From positions 1,503,949-1,567,948 of the forward strand of contig OZ287698.1 of NCBI GenBank assembly GCA_965649825.1: 64,000 nt of DNA, read 5' to 3'. The notes below the pieces were generated by a model. That model was not told where the DNA came from and searched no databases. It saw only the letters and a list, made by a program, of their open reading frames with translations. The stretch is from Penicillus capitatus (Eukaryota; Plantae; Chlorophyta). A program made the position numbers and the translations under genes. Numbering within the stretch: the stretch's first letter is position 1; the number at the start of each line of letters is the position of its first letter. Below, one piece after another: positions 38,123 through 50,723 of the stretch.

Positions 38123-38591
38123 TTGTCCACACACATACCAACACATGCTTCCTTGCTACCCTCAATGACTTACTTACTTACTGACTAATGGATGTGACTA
38201 ACATATGTCTTAGCTGCATACCAGTTGTTGACAGCGTGTGGACGGTTCTTTCTTTTCTGTCTCTTCAGTGGCATCGCAACATCGTCGTTGTTCTTCAATC
38301 TCTTAACAGAAGGGGTGGACGACCGATCAACCGACGAGAACATTGAGAGGGCGTGCCGTGTTGAGAAGAAGACAGATCGTTTGTTATTAACAAGAAGCGA
38401 CGTACCATCTAGCAATCATAACACATCTGTGCTTGACTGGCTGTCCGATGGACTGGTCGACTGATTGCTGATGATCCGTCACATCGCTGACGGTCCCGAG
38501 CAACCTGTCACATCTCGTCTCGTCGAGCTGCATTCTCTCCGATTCGATCGTCGTCGTTTCTTCCGCCGCTGCGTCTCGTATCGCTGTCACG

Positions 38592-39637
38592 ATGAGCACA
38601 AACTACGACCGTGAAGAGTGCGTCTACCTGGCGAAACTGGCGGAACAGGCCGAACGGTACGATGAAATGGTCGAAGAAGTAAAAAAGATCGCAAAGATGG
38701 CTGGCGAAAAAGAGCTTTCCGTCGAAGAACGCAATTTGCTGAGTGTCGCCTACAAGAATGTCATTGGAGCCCGTCGCGCATCGTGGCGAATCATTTACAG
38801 CATTGAACAAAAAGAAGAGACGAAGGGCAATGCCGAACACGTGGCGCGTATTCAAACCTACCGCTCCGTCGTAAGTACTTCTGTCTGCACTGCGTTCGGT
38901 GCGACGTTGACGGCGACGACGTCTCCATGACGCAGGTCGAAAAGGAGCTGATGGACATCTGCTCAAGTATTCTGTCTCTCTTGGACGAAAACCTGATTCC
39001 CACGTCCTCTAAGGGAGAATCGGAAGTGTTCTATCTGAAGATGAAAGGAGACTACCACAGATACTTGGCAGAATTCAAGAGTGCTGATGGAAAGAAGGCG
39101 GAGGCTGCAGAGACCTTTGCAGCGTATAAGGCGGCTCAAGTGAGCATTGTGATGATGATGGAGGAGGAATTGACGGATGCCTGGCGTCTGTGCTGTGTTC
39201 AAGGATATTGCCATCGCTGAATTGTCCCCCACACATCCCATTCGTCTCGGATTGGCTCTGAATTTCTCTGTTTTCTATTACGAAATTGAGAATTCGCCTG
39301 ACAAAGCATGCAAACTTGCAAAGCAGGTGCCGTGTGGATTGCCACCTATACGGAGGCGGTGATGTGACATCTGGCTGTATGTTCTAGGCCTTTGATGACG
39401 CCATTGCAGATTTGGATAAGTTGACCGACGATTCTTACAAGGACAGCACATTGATCATGCAGCTTCTGAGAGATAATCTAACACTTTGGACATCTGATAT
39501 GCAGGTACCCTATCCCTGTGAATGCGCATTGCCTCTAAATCCATCCATCCATCCCGTTTGACTGTCTTCAGGATCAAGATGCAGGGAAGGAGGGAGGAGA
39601 TCCAGATGCGGCCGTGGACGGAGAGGCAGAGGCATAG
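38592..39637 (+). CDS. 14-3-3 protein, paralog B
   Basis: Same hallmark motifs as paralog A; four GT-AG introns at the same positions. Confidence 0.97.
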
Positions 39638-39993
39638 ATGATGTCTGTCACTACCGTTCTTTATGGAAGTTAGGATTCCTCTGTGTCTCGTACGTTTTGT
39701 AAAGTCCATGTGGATTTGGCATTAGACAGAAAGCGCTTCGCATTACGCTGTTTGAATGTTTATTGCTTTCTCTGCTGTTAACATCGATAGCATTCATCCT
39801 AAGACATCCATTGGATTAACGGCAGTGGTGTATGAGCTGCTGACACAATACGGCAGTCAGATAGTTGACAATCAACTCTCTTGAAAGGCCAAAAACAGGC
39901 AACAAGCGAACGAACGAACAAGTGAACGGTGGTCTTTCGGGACAGCCCAAAAATGCGAGAACAGATAGACAGACAGCGAAATCCCTGCATTTT

Positions 39994-41000
39994 TCAAGCA
40001 GCAGATTTCTTGGCTGCGTTCTCGTTCATGAGCATATCGATGAGATTTGCCATCTCGTGGTGATCGATCTGCATATCCGCTCCTGCGATGTCCTCAAAGG
40101 ACTTGTTCATTTTGAAGAAGCGTTCTCTCAGGTGCTCAGGAATGCGTTGCAGGAAACGTTCAAATTCATTCTTGCTCATCGAAGCATCTCTGTCCATGAA
40201 TTCCAAATCCTAAACAGGATCAGCACCCCCGACAGGTATTCAGTGATGGGCATAATGGAGGATGCATCGATGAGGCACCTGTGCGATTCTCTGCAAGAGC
40301 AGTCTTTCGTTTTCCACCGTCAAGCTGTAGATCTTGTCGTACACACCTGTCACATCACCAATGACTTGCTTAATATCTGCCCCCGTCTCTTTCGCGAATT
40401 CATCGATGGATTGACGGAGATCGGCGAATTGACCCAAGTCTTTCTGCAAAGTGTCACTGACGGTTTGGAGTTCATCCACCGTCCCTTCCAGCTTATCCAC
40501 TTGCACAGCCAGTTGTTGATTCGTTGCTTGAAATTGATCGACATCTTTTTCGAGGGCAGCTGAAGTTTTGGCCAAACGCGCATTCTGTTCCTTAAAACGA
40601 TTCAGCTGATGTTTCATTCCACCATAGTAACACATCGTCGCTCCTCCAACAATGCCACCGACCAATGCAATCGCACCGGCAATGAAGCCCATCGAATCGA
40701 CCACCTACGAGACCATTTTCGCTGTCCGTCACTGATCCTTACTCTCGACAATATTCACGAGAGTGCTGCTGCATGTGTACTCACATATGCTGCGAATCCC
40801 AAGATGAGGACGAGCACAGCGGCAACGCCGAGTCCGGGTCCCACGAGTCCCGTGATGGGATTGCCGCCACAGTTCTCGTAGAAGAATCCGCCACTTGTCT
40901 GTTCGACTTCATCTTTGGCACCGCTAGATTCGCCTGTTGCCAGTGGCTTGTTTTCAGATTCTTTAACGTCGACGACGATTGGCTTCGATTCCGTCGCCAT
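39994..41000 (-). CDS. Protein with two N-terminal TM segments, a long coiled coil and a C-terminal EF-hand-like pair
   Basis: Two GT-AG introns join GLGVAAVLVLILGFAAY|VVDSMGFIAGAIALVGGIVGG, a heptad region and DLEFMDRDASMSKNEFERF...AGADMQIDHHEMANLI. Confidence 0.7.
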
Positions 41001-41479
41001 GTTCGCGTCTCTGCACGGTTCGAAAATGAAAGCTTGGATACAATTCGCGTCAGCCGCGTCCGAGGCCGCCGGATGGGACACGATATGACGCGACGCGGTC
41101 CATTATCGTGCCTAGATGTCTCTGGAACGGTATTTTGTCAAGAATTGCGAACAGCCCATGAACTGCTGACCGTCCAGCAGCGAACTTCATGGAGGTTAGA
41201 CTGGTTCTGACCTAAAATCATCCGACCGACTGTTTCAGTACGCCTTTTGTCGCAGCACCTTTTCACAGCAGACGACGAAGACCAACGCCGTCTGCAAACA
41301 CTGTTCGCACACGGAACGTGTTGAGCTAGCTAAACGACCAACGGACGCACACGTATGTCCTGACCACGCTCGCCATCTGTCAAGGAATCTCTACCCGGAT
41401 CCTTCTGTTCTGCAGTCACAGAGCGGAACGCCACCGAAGGCATTGCAGTTGACGACAAGTGTGCGTTTCTGTAGCTAAC

Positions 41480-42873
41480 ATGAAGACAGCATCCGTCTAC
41501 TTCGCATGCATTCTCCTCGCATCAGCGTTTTCTCAAGTGACACACGTGCGCCGTACCTGTCGCTGTGTCCAACGTGTCGTTGCTGGGGTGACAGGTCTGG
41601 GCTGGGTCGTTCTATGGTTTGTGCTATACGCCTTTTCGCGCGTTTGGTGTTTGCCCAACGGATGCTGAAGTTGAGGCGGACGTCGCAATTCTCTTGCGTC
41701 ATACGACTCGTGTTCGCATCTACTCGACAGAGTGCCGAAATGTTAACAAGATTCTGTTAAAGCATTCGTCCATGGGCAGAATGAGTGTTCTCTTTGGTGT
41801 CTACCTCGACAATCGCCCGACCGATCAGCAAGAGGTGGATTACTTGATCGAAGCCCTCCAGGCGTATCCGAATGCAAAGATCGAGGGTGTTGTCGTCGGA
41901 AATGAAGTGATGTATCGCAACACGCTTCATAAACAGACACTCATACAACGCATCCATGAAGTGCGAGGGAAAGTTCGAGCGGTCGGCTATGCGACGGGGA
42001 ATCCGAGTTACCAGACAGCTCCAGTCTATGCGGTGGAGATCTTTCCAATTCCGGAGATCGGCGGCGCGTCGGACATGCTCGGTCTGAACATCCACCCGTT
42101 CTATCGACCCGATCTGCAAAATCACCCCGATCCAGAAATCATGTCGGATCGCATTCTCAAAGCAGCCGTTGAGCAGATCGAGCTGTACCAGAGTTTAATG
42201 CCCAACAAGCCAATCATCGTGACAGAGATTGGATGGCCCACGCATTCGGATGCCTCAGAGTTGCACCGGGGTGACCCCATCGTTGCTTTGAAGTTTATGA
42301 AGGTGCGCTCGACCCTTACCTCTTTGCACCGCCTCCCCCTAAGAGGATCTGTCTGTATCGTGCCAGAAATTCACAGCGTACAGTCAGCAAAAAGCAATTC
42401 ACTTCTACTACTTCGAACTCTTCGATTCGCCATGGAAGAAAGCGATGTTCCCGAGCAACCAAAACACTATGTCTGAATTCAACTTCGGCGTCTACCAAGC
42501 GGATAGAGTGACGATGAAGCAACTGCCTGTTGGGTGTTCCGGCTGTGGACATGCGGAGCCATCGTCCTATGGCTCGCCCGTTTCGACGCATGAAGTGTCA
42601 CAAGCTTCTTCGGCAGAGGCCTATGCACATTCTGAGGCGACAGCACATGGACAGGGTGCCGCTTTTAGTGAAGCTGTGGCACAGGCTCACGCATCGAATC
42701 AGCAAGGCCATGCATCGGCCGACGCGCATTCTGTGGCTGTCGTTCACGGACCGGGCCATGCGATATCCGATTCCGTGGCCGAGGTACATGTCCCTGGCAC
42801 TCAACACTTCTTTCCCCCGGCCGATGCTATTGCGAAACCGGGACAGCCCTATCGTAAAATGATGCGTCTGTGA
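41480..42873 (+). CDS. Secreted GH17 beta-1,3-glucanase/glucanosyltransferase with an Ala/His/Ser-rich C-terminal tail
   Basis: Signal peptide, GLCYTPF, VRIYST, VVGNE (acid/base), IIVTEIGWP (nucleophile), YYFELFDSPWK, FNFGVY; two GT-AG introns. Confidence 0.9.
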
Positions 42874-44139
42874 GATCGATCGATGGCGTAATGGTTGGAT
42901 CTCGCTGCACACACGACGCTATTTACTCATCACGTACACACTCGCTCGACAGAATGCTTCGCTGTCGTATCGTGCGCAGTGCTGGAATCTGTCAGTTTTA
43001 TTTTTATAATTGGCTGCTGGTTATCCGCGGCTTTTCTTTTGTGCCTGCACAATCACATTTGATTTCTATTCGCAAGACCTCCGATGAAGATTGCTAGGAA
43101 GATGTTCAAGATTATCTGTCACCTGGATGCAGGGTTGGAAGGAAACGTGTTGGACAATGGCGCCTCACATACACGCTATCATTCTCCGCTCTGTCCAACG
43201 CAGGGAAGTCCATTCTCCGCTTTTGATTTCTGGAATAAGCGTGCGTAGATCTTCCGGAATCGCTCACCTGAAATAATACCTTCAATAAGCTAAAGAGCCA
43301 CCATTGCCCGTTTTCTGACTCTATCCGGCCGGACAAGAAATGTGTTGATGTCTTTGTGTTATTATCATGATCTTTTGGTGGTAGAAGTGGAATGGCGACG
43401 TCAACGAAATTCTTAACTATGAAGACATGTCATTCAAGGATCTCGTTCAATGAAAGAGGAGGCTCTGTAAAAAACTAGATTCCATGATTACACGCGCTCC
43501 CTGCACAAACGCAGACCGCATTTCCAATGAACGCAGGAAATGTTCCGAATCGTATTGAGAAACGGCAGTAATGGCTGTCTCTTGTTCAAAGTCGTGGTCA
43601 TCATCGGTCTCTTACCATCACAATCCCAGTCCACCTAGTACCACGACAGAAAAATGACTGTTGTGGGCTAGAACCAACCGCAGTTCAGGTACAAAAAATG
43701 TCCTATCTCTGTTATTTCCTTTACCCACATGTGTTATTGTTCATCAGGTATGCACAACATAAAGGCAGTCTCGAACGCTATGACGGACTTGGCGAAGTGA
43801 TCAATGATCGGATGGTCAAACACAACTGTGTAGGTTTTTGCTCTTGAAGACATGCGCTGGGAGAAAAGATCGACGAGGATGAAATACTTCTTGCTCTAAG
43901 ACATAAACATCACCGTCAGAGAGACAGTCTACAAAACTAGTTGACAAAACACAGGAGCTAACCAGTCAAGTCTCTCTGTAACTTGTCTTCTTCATTCGCC
44001 AAGCGAACAAGACAACAATCGCAATACCCCAATACGTGTCTCCTACCCATGTCAAGAATCGTGAAAACATGTTACCCCCACCACCCCACCCCACCATTGA
44101 GTCTTAAACGGACGATCCCGAGACATATGCATCTCAACA

Positions 44140-44562
44140 TTAGACGAGTAGCAGAGCGCGTTCATTTGTGTCATCTTCCCGATTTTCGTCAGCAGAGAGT
44201 GCGTTGCAATAAGTTGTCGCCAGATGGACGATGTGCAGCAGGAAAGGGAGGGCGATGAGAGTCGAAATGAGCAAAATGGCACCACCCTCGAAGTCAACCT
44301 CTTCGGCATGACAAAAACCACTGGAAAAAGGATCCTCTGGTGCGGCCGTCGGCACACAGTAGCAATGATGGGCTGGGCATTCGTCTAGAGTGGAGTGTTG
44401 GCAGGTCCAGTGTGCATCACGACGACAGATATGGCTTGATCTTGTAAGCAGCGCCAGTGCGGTGCCCCAGCTTAGGAAGGTCAGTGTGAGCTGTGCGGCA
44501 CTCGCCAGAAAATCGGCACAGTAACTCGGCTTAGGCGAAGTCTGTTGCTGTTGCTGATACAT
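44140..44562 (-). CDS. Small (~140 aa) two-TM protein with a Cys/His-rich loop
   Basis: Single ORF: MYQQQQQ..., TM1 LTLTFLSWGTALALL, loop ICRRDAHWTCQHSTLDECPAHHCYCVP...GFC, TM2 AILLISTLIALPFLLHIV. Confidence 0.5.
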   Translation of the reverse strand: MYQQQQQTSPKPSYCADFLASAAQLTLTFLSWGTALALLTRSSHICRRDAHWTCQHSTLDECPAHHCYCVPTAAPEDPFSSGFCHAEEVDFEGGAILLISTLIALPFLLHIVHLATTYCNALSADENREDDTNERALLLV

Positions 44563-44713
44563 TCGCCACTCGATTGCGACCACGGACACTTACGATAACT
44601 CTGTGCTGACCGAAGAAAACGTAGCAGACGATATAAATGTTCGGCACTCCGAGGTTACCGACGCTTTTGACGATGGAAGGAAGGTGAAAAGCGCCGCGGC
44701 AACTTCAATTTCG

Positions 44714-46593
44714 ATGCACTTCGAATTCCGTCTCGGTTACAGGAAAAGAGACAACGAAGAGCTTGGGTTTGACCTCAATGCTGACGCTTATCTCTCTCGG
44801 ACACGACGGAGACTCGCAGGATCCTGTGGTCGTCGTTTCTTCTCAAACGAATCATTCCACCCATGCTCCGAAGTCATGCGGTCTAACCTCTACGCAGCAT
44901 GACGGTTTTCTAGGCGGCGGAGGAGTTTCAGAGATGTCAGACGTTGCTGCAGAATCTAAAGAGAGATATAACGCAGAGCCTAGACGAAATACCCACGACT
45001 GAATCGGCCGTCAAGATATGCAATCCTTCTCATCGTGGATACCGTCCCCTGCCAGTGGTATACTTGGCGATCGAGAAGTATCTGCAGAAGAAGAGTGGGA
45101 AAGAGATGCGCAAGATATATACAGCACTGTCTAAGGTTGAGCTTCTGTGATGATGGCACTGTCTCGCAGCTGTGTGTAGGAAGATCATACATTCTTCTTG
45201 AGCTGTTTGGGCGACAGGCAGCTCGATATTGGCGAGGTCGAACGATTTCGACGCCTGACTTCTCCGGTATTGCAGGAGCAGATGGCCTATCATTTCTTTC
45301 AGCAGTTTAAGATGATCAAAGACCCGATGCGTCTGGGTCTGTACGAAAAGCGACATCCAGCAGTGCTCCGAGCTGTCGATGCGTGGACAGAAGAAGAGAC
45401 GTCACGGATCTATGCTCTGCCCCAGTTCTTCGGTCAAGTGATGGACATTCGAGTGTGTCCATCGACAAGCCCCACCTGGACATGGATATCTGAAACACCG
45501 TTCACAAATTGCGTGGCAGAAATGCAAGCAGATACACATTGGGCGGATTCGGATTTTGTCGATGATGGCGAGATCATGGACAAGAATGTTCCATACCAAA
45601 GAGAAGAGATGCATCAGGCCGATGTCGTGATACCAGAAGAGGCTCTCCTCTGTTTTCTCACACTGAGCACAGATGCCAAAGACAAATCGTTTGCGCTTCC
45701 GGTGGAGATTGAAGTCCAGAATGGTCGCCGGCAATTTCGCTTCAGCGAGCCTTTGCCGAAGAGAGAACTGGATCTGCGGCAGAAACACCGTCTGTTTTTT
45801 GAGCACGTGTTCATAAAGCGATCGAGATGCTCCTTGGATGATCCAATGTCGGCCTGTACCTGCACAACTGAGTGGACGTTTGGAGATGTCTCTGTTCTGG
45901 TGCAGAGAAGAGAGCATCTAAAAGTGACGAGCTCCTCTGTCTCTCGCTCTGTTCCGGCCAAACTTTACGTCAAAGTGGAGTACATGAGTGATCTCTATCC
46001 AGGACAGGCGGAGACAAAACACGAGGTCTTCACGTCTGAAGAGCTCGCGGAATACTGGCTGGCACTGTTTCTTCGGAGAAATGCCCAAATCCATGTCCGT
46101 GACTGTTAGACATCAAGGGCATCCATGCACGACAGTAGCGTGTGTGCTTAGATAGCACACGTTGGGTTGAGAGAGGGAAGGGTGCTGAAGCATACAGCCT
46201 TTTCCGCTTGTGATGATGTTCTGCATGTGCTGCCATCTTTTATCCAGTTCAAGGTAAGAAGCAGCGCCGTCTGATGTGACGTGCTGAACGAGAGTGTGGT
46301 AGCCTTGCTCTCTCGGCTCTGTGTTGGATGCTGTGCTTCGTGGGTTGCAAGATCAACCCGCCGGAATGTACCTTCTGACGCATCCAACGTCGGGAAATGC
46401 ACTTCGTTGTTTGCGAGCCGTGGAGGAGAAGACAGAAGCTGTCTTCGATCTGTATGCAGAGTACAAAGAGAGTGGAAAGACATGCCTGTCCAGGATCCCC
46501 TATGTGGCGCAGGAATGGGCATTTGCGCCGTCGCCAACACAGAGTCGGCGGATTCCTCACACTTTTCCCTTTTCTCCTCATTCGAAGCGTTAG
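44714..46593 (+). CDS. NARG2/ICE2 (little elongation complex subunit 2) C-terminal-domain protein
   Basis: FSEPLPKRELDLRQKHRLFF, WTFGDVSVLVQR, VKVEY...EVFTSEELAEYWLALFL, GMYLLTH, FDLYAEY and RIPHTFP follow my recollection of the NARG2_C pattern; four GT-AG introns. The start is inferred. Confidence 0.6.
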
Positions 46594-46671
46594 AACGGAT
46601 GGGATCTCTTTGCACAGGCACGCATCGCAGAGGCGTTTCACAAAATGAGAAGACACCATGATTGGTGCCTT

Positions 46672-48179
46672 CTATTCAAATCCTGTTAACAAACGCTTTT
46701 CTCCGTACTTTGGAAATGGACTCTCGTATCCTTCTAGGTGCTCCAAAGCTGCACCGTAGTCCTCTGTGCGCATGAACCTCCAAAATCTGTCCCCTGTTAT
46801 GAGACATGACGTCCTCCTGTGCTTGGAATCCTTATCTGTGAGATTTTACCTGTAAGGGAGACGCCAGTCCATTGTCTGAAGTGATCTCTGTATCCATCAA
46901 AACGCTGATCCAAATCTGCGACCGCAAAATAGTTAATTGGAAACTGTGTCATCAACAGCAATCCTTCTGTCTGTCTCTCCAGCTCTTGTTCGATCACAAA
47001 GGCAAACGCTTGCATGGCCACATCACGAGGTTGAAGATTGTACTCTGCATAGTACTCATCTCCTACAGAGAGACAGATCATGGATGCTCCACAACAGAGA
47101 GGTATGTGCAACGTGCCTACGATGATTCGATGTGACGTTTCTTGATTGTCATGCGAGACAAGGACGTCGAAAATGGTGCCACCGTTTGTCAAGATTTCAT
47201 TTTTGAAGAAAACGGAAAACTCTGTCTCCTCTTCTTGATACATGACCTTTGCAAAACGTGTGGCCTCGTTGATGGCTTCCATTTTGGCTTTCTTCTCTGC
47301 GATCTCCTCTTCTGTCATGCTGTTCACCAGTACCAAATCGACCTGAATGCTACAAGACTGCCATACATAGCGAACCATATGGAGTACTTGGCCAAGAGGA
47401 AGTGTATCAGGGTTTGGGATGAACTCTTCTGTGCATCCACGTTCCTTTATCTGCTGCAGCAATTCTTGCGCTCCGTCTTCAGCTGCTTGCAGTTTTGATG
47501 AGGTCACTCTATCGCTCACATCCAGTGGCTGTTGCCAAGCAGCACGTTCCAATGCCACTAGATGTCACATCACAAATGATATGCACACAGCTAGCGAGCT
47601 CTACGTTTGTTGCCAGTAGGTGGTCCTCCCACTTCTTCGAACCAGGCATCGCGAATCTTCACCATTTCTTTCTGATCCAATTTTGTCAGATTAACACTCT
47701 TGAAGTAGTAAGCTTTGTCTGGACGACGTGTAAAGACAGTCCTCAAAGATTCCTGGAGGCTTTTTGAGAATCCAATGTACTGCAATTTTTTGTTTTGATC
47801 AAAAATGGCAAACACAGAAGCCTTTGTCGTTTCTTCGGCGTTTGTATGAATGGTTCCCTAGCACAGATGTCACATCATCTTGTCCAAAGAAATTGGGTCG
47901 GATGGATCCGCTCACCTCCTCTGTCAAAAAGCTCTCCAGTGGCAGTGGACCGAGTTTTCGAGTGTCAGCAATGCAATGGCAGATCTCCAAAGAACGATCC
48001 CTTAGGAACATTGTATTCTGCCTTCCTATCCGTCGAAAGGCCCCTCTTCTGTTTAGCCATTCCTTCGAGGTGAACGCGGAGGAGGAAGAACAGCTGCTAA
48101 GAGCGTTGCTTCGTGATCCGCGAAGCGCAGAGAGACAGATGGAAGAAGAGGGAGACAGAAAGGAAGTCATCCTCGACAT
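46672..48179 (-). CDS. Putative plastid-targeted protein with a GIY-YIG-like N-terminal module
   Basis: Ser-rich transit-like start, then SVFAIFDQNKKLQYIGFSKSLQESLR; five introns, one a probable GC-AG (47063-47116); ends ...LLTGFE*. Confidence 0.7.
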
Positions 48180-48388
48180 CGTCGCGATCTCGAGATGCAA
48201 ACGGTGGCGATTCGATGCTGAGACCATCCGTCACATCACCGACTTTCCTTGAATCAAATAGCTCACAACGACAGCAGTCCGTCGTTCAGATATGTACATG
48301 CACGCACGCACTGTACATCAATCGATGGAGGAAAAATAGAAACAAGAAGACCTTTGAACACATTCAGAAAAAACACAATACTCAAATG

Positions 48389-49725
48389 CTACGTGTGCAA
48401 AATCTTCTCCGTAGAGTAGGAGATGTCGTCCTCGCAACAGGATGTGCGATCTGAAGCTTCAAGCTGCAATTTGGGAAGCAACACGATGACGTAACGCGTG
48501 TCGTCATCGTAGTCTGCCAAGAATGACACCTCATCCAACTGCTCCAGTACTGTCTTCTCGGATGAGGCATACATCACAACGCACACAGGATGCAGTTTCT
48601 GCCCTGTCTCTTCGAGTTCTGTCATCATCTCCTCTGAATTTTGCGGAATCTCGTATGTGCCATATTCATTTGCTAAGGCGGCAACGACATCTAAACATAC
48701 AGACAACTATGACATCCGTTCGAATCCTGCATGCTGCTACGTACGATAAGGTTCAAAGATGTGACCCAAATGCATCTGAGTCCATTCCACAGCTGCGCGA
48801 GACTCCTTTCCGGAATCGGCCAGAATCAGGACGCGTTTTTCGGTGGCTTCTGGGATGTCCGTCCAACAAGCCGGAAGCAATATGACCGGAACAGTCGACT
48901 GTCGATAGCAGTGATACCCCACCGAGCCACAATCCAGAAACACACCACTGTTTCACTCTCTTACGCTGCTGTCGATACAGAACAGGAGGCGAGAGACCTT
49001 GAGGGACTGACAAGGGTCAGGAGATCTGCTTTGAGGTGGGATGCCAGATCGCTGACGACCGAAGCGATTTCAGATGCGGATTCTGGCTGTGCGAGAAGGG
49101 GCAGATGATATTCAGTCTCAATGTGATGCTGCGTTTCCATGTCCTTTGCCAATCTGCGTTGCATCATCTCCTCTCCTTTTCTCACCAGCAGCGTCTGGTG
49201 CTCCTGCAGAACGCCGCCGGTGATTTGCTGTCTGTCCAACAGAACACACTAGATGATACCTTCAGAGGAAATGCCTCAGTGATGTCGACCGATGACGAAT
49301 GGTAGTATCTATCGTCGTCGCTATCCACTCCTATTTTGCCGACAGAAACGAAGGGAGCCCTGTTGTCGACGATGACGTGTACGAAATGCACACGATGTCC
49401 TATACGACACGGGCGATTCTAGATCGATGACCACACGAACAAACGATGTACCGGCTCTGGCCACATGTTTCAGCGTGAATCTCGCTCCGGATTCTGCCGT
49501 ATCCGAGTCGTCAAGCGCAAACAAGAGGTTGCGTGGCTCTCGCTCTTCTAAAGTGACGTTTCGAAGCGGGCGCGGATGCTCCGCGAAAACGGCAGAGCAT
49601 TGGACAGTCCGTCGGTTTGTTGCTCGACGCGCCGCCAACGGACATCTTTCCAGCAATCCATCGATCTTTGTTCTCTGAAGAATGCATCGAATGGCGCGGG
49701 TTGCAGTGAGAGCAAAGGTGTCCAT
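48389..49725 (-). CDS. Tandem universal stress protein (USP)-like domain protein
   Basis: RNLLFALDDSDTAESGARFTL, RVHFVHV, LDCGSVGYHCYRQSTVPVILLP, then a second unit KRVLILADSGKESRAAVEWT. Confidence 0.7.
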
Positions 49726-49852
49726 CGCTTTCCAAACGGCTCACGTCTCGATACGTATCGGAAGCGCTGGTATGCCTGTTCGATGTGATGGGACATTTGG
49801 TGTGCGCAGCTCCCTCAACCCGATTCTGCCGTCAGCGCGAAGGTTAATCGAG
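49726..49852. promoter_or_regulatory. Putative bidirectional promoter (127 bp) between USP and TatA
   Basis: Head-to-head inferred start codons at 49725 (-) and 49853 (+). Positional inference only. Confidence 0.4.
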
Positions 49853-50418
49853 ATGTCGACGTCATTGCGACTGTCCACGAATCGAGGGATTGTGCGAAGG
49901 ACAGTGCGATTCGGTTATGGACGTGCTCTCGTTCCGACACGTCTGCGACCTCGTGCGATCTCAGCCTCTGCGCCACGAACGCGATTGGTACACGTTTCTC
50001 TCCCTTCTGTCAGGATTCCCTTGTACATCGCTGTCCTGCACAGGTGACGCAGATGGGTCTTTTTGGTTTGGGTGCACCAGAGCTCCTAGTCATCGCCGGT
50101 GTCGCAGCTCTGATATTCGGTGGGTGCGTTTGAGATATCCAATCTCGACACAAGGCTGCCATCCAGGCCCAAGCAAGTTGCCGGAATTGGGAAGAGGACT
50201 GGGCAAGACGATGAAAGAAGTGCAGTCGGCTGCCAAGGCAATGATCCCCATAAACACCAAACCAAACACAATGGCCCCTTTCACTGCTGCAGGAGTTTCA
50301 GTCTGAGATGCAGAAGGAGATGGAAACAGAGGACGGTGAAGATGCTTCGAAAACAAAAAAGGAAGAGTCTGCTGTCACATCAACCACCGCTCCAAAAGAT
50401 CCCACATCCATGCCTTAA
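49853..50418 (+). CDS. THA4: Thylakoid Tat translocase subunit TatA/Tha4
   Basis: Transit peptide, then MGLFGLGAPELLVIAGVAALIFG|PSKLPELGRGLGKTMKEVQSAAK|EFQSEM; the third intron (50238-50292) is GC-AG. Confidence 0.92.
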
Positions 50419-50723
50419 TCTTCTTGCGCATCCCTTGCGTTTTTATTCATGACCGTCCCCGTCCCGCAGGACAATGCATCCATGATAACACGGTCGAGTG
50501 ATTTATGTCCTTGTCATTTTGAAATCATGTCGGGCATCCAGTCGGTGTGTCATGAACATCCGTCTCTCGTCGTTGATGTGACGTGTGATAGTGACGCCAA
50601 GACGCGTGCTTGGTATTCCATTGTTCGTTCGTTTGCTTCTGTTCACAGGGCTGTTGTTTTCCGCGCTGTCTTTTTGCACTCTTCTTAATTAAGTACGTTT
50701 CGCCGTACGCGCGCTCGGTCGTT

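Noticed and set aside
48690-48740. tRNA-like GTTCGAATCC
   Set aside because: Flanks do not form a T-stem or cloverleaf; it lies inside the USP gene.
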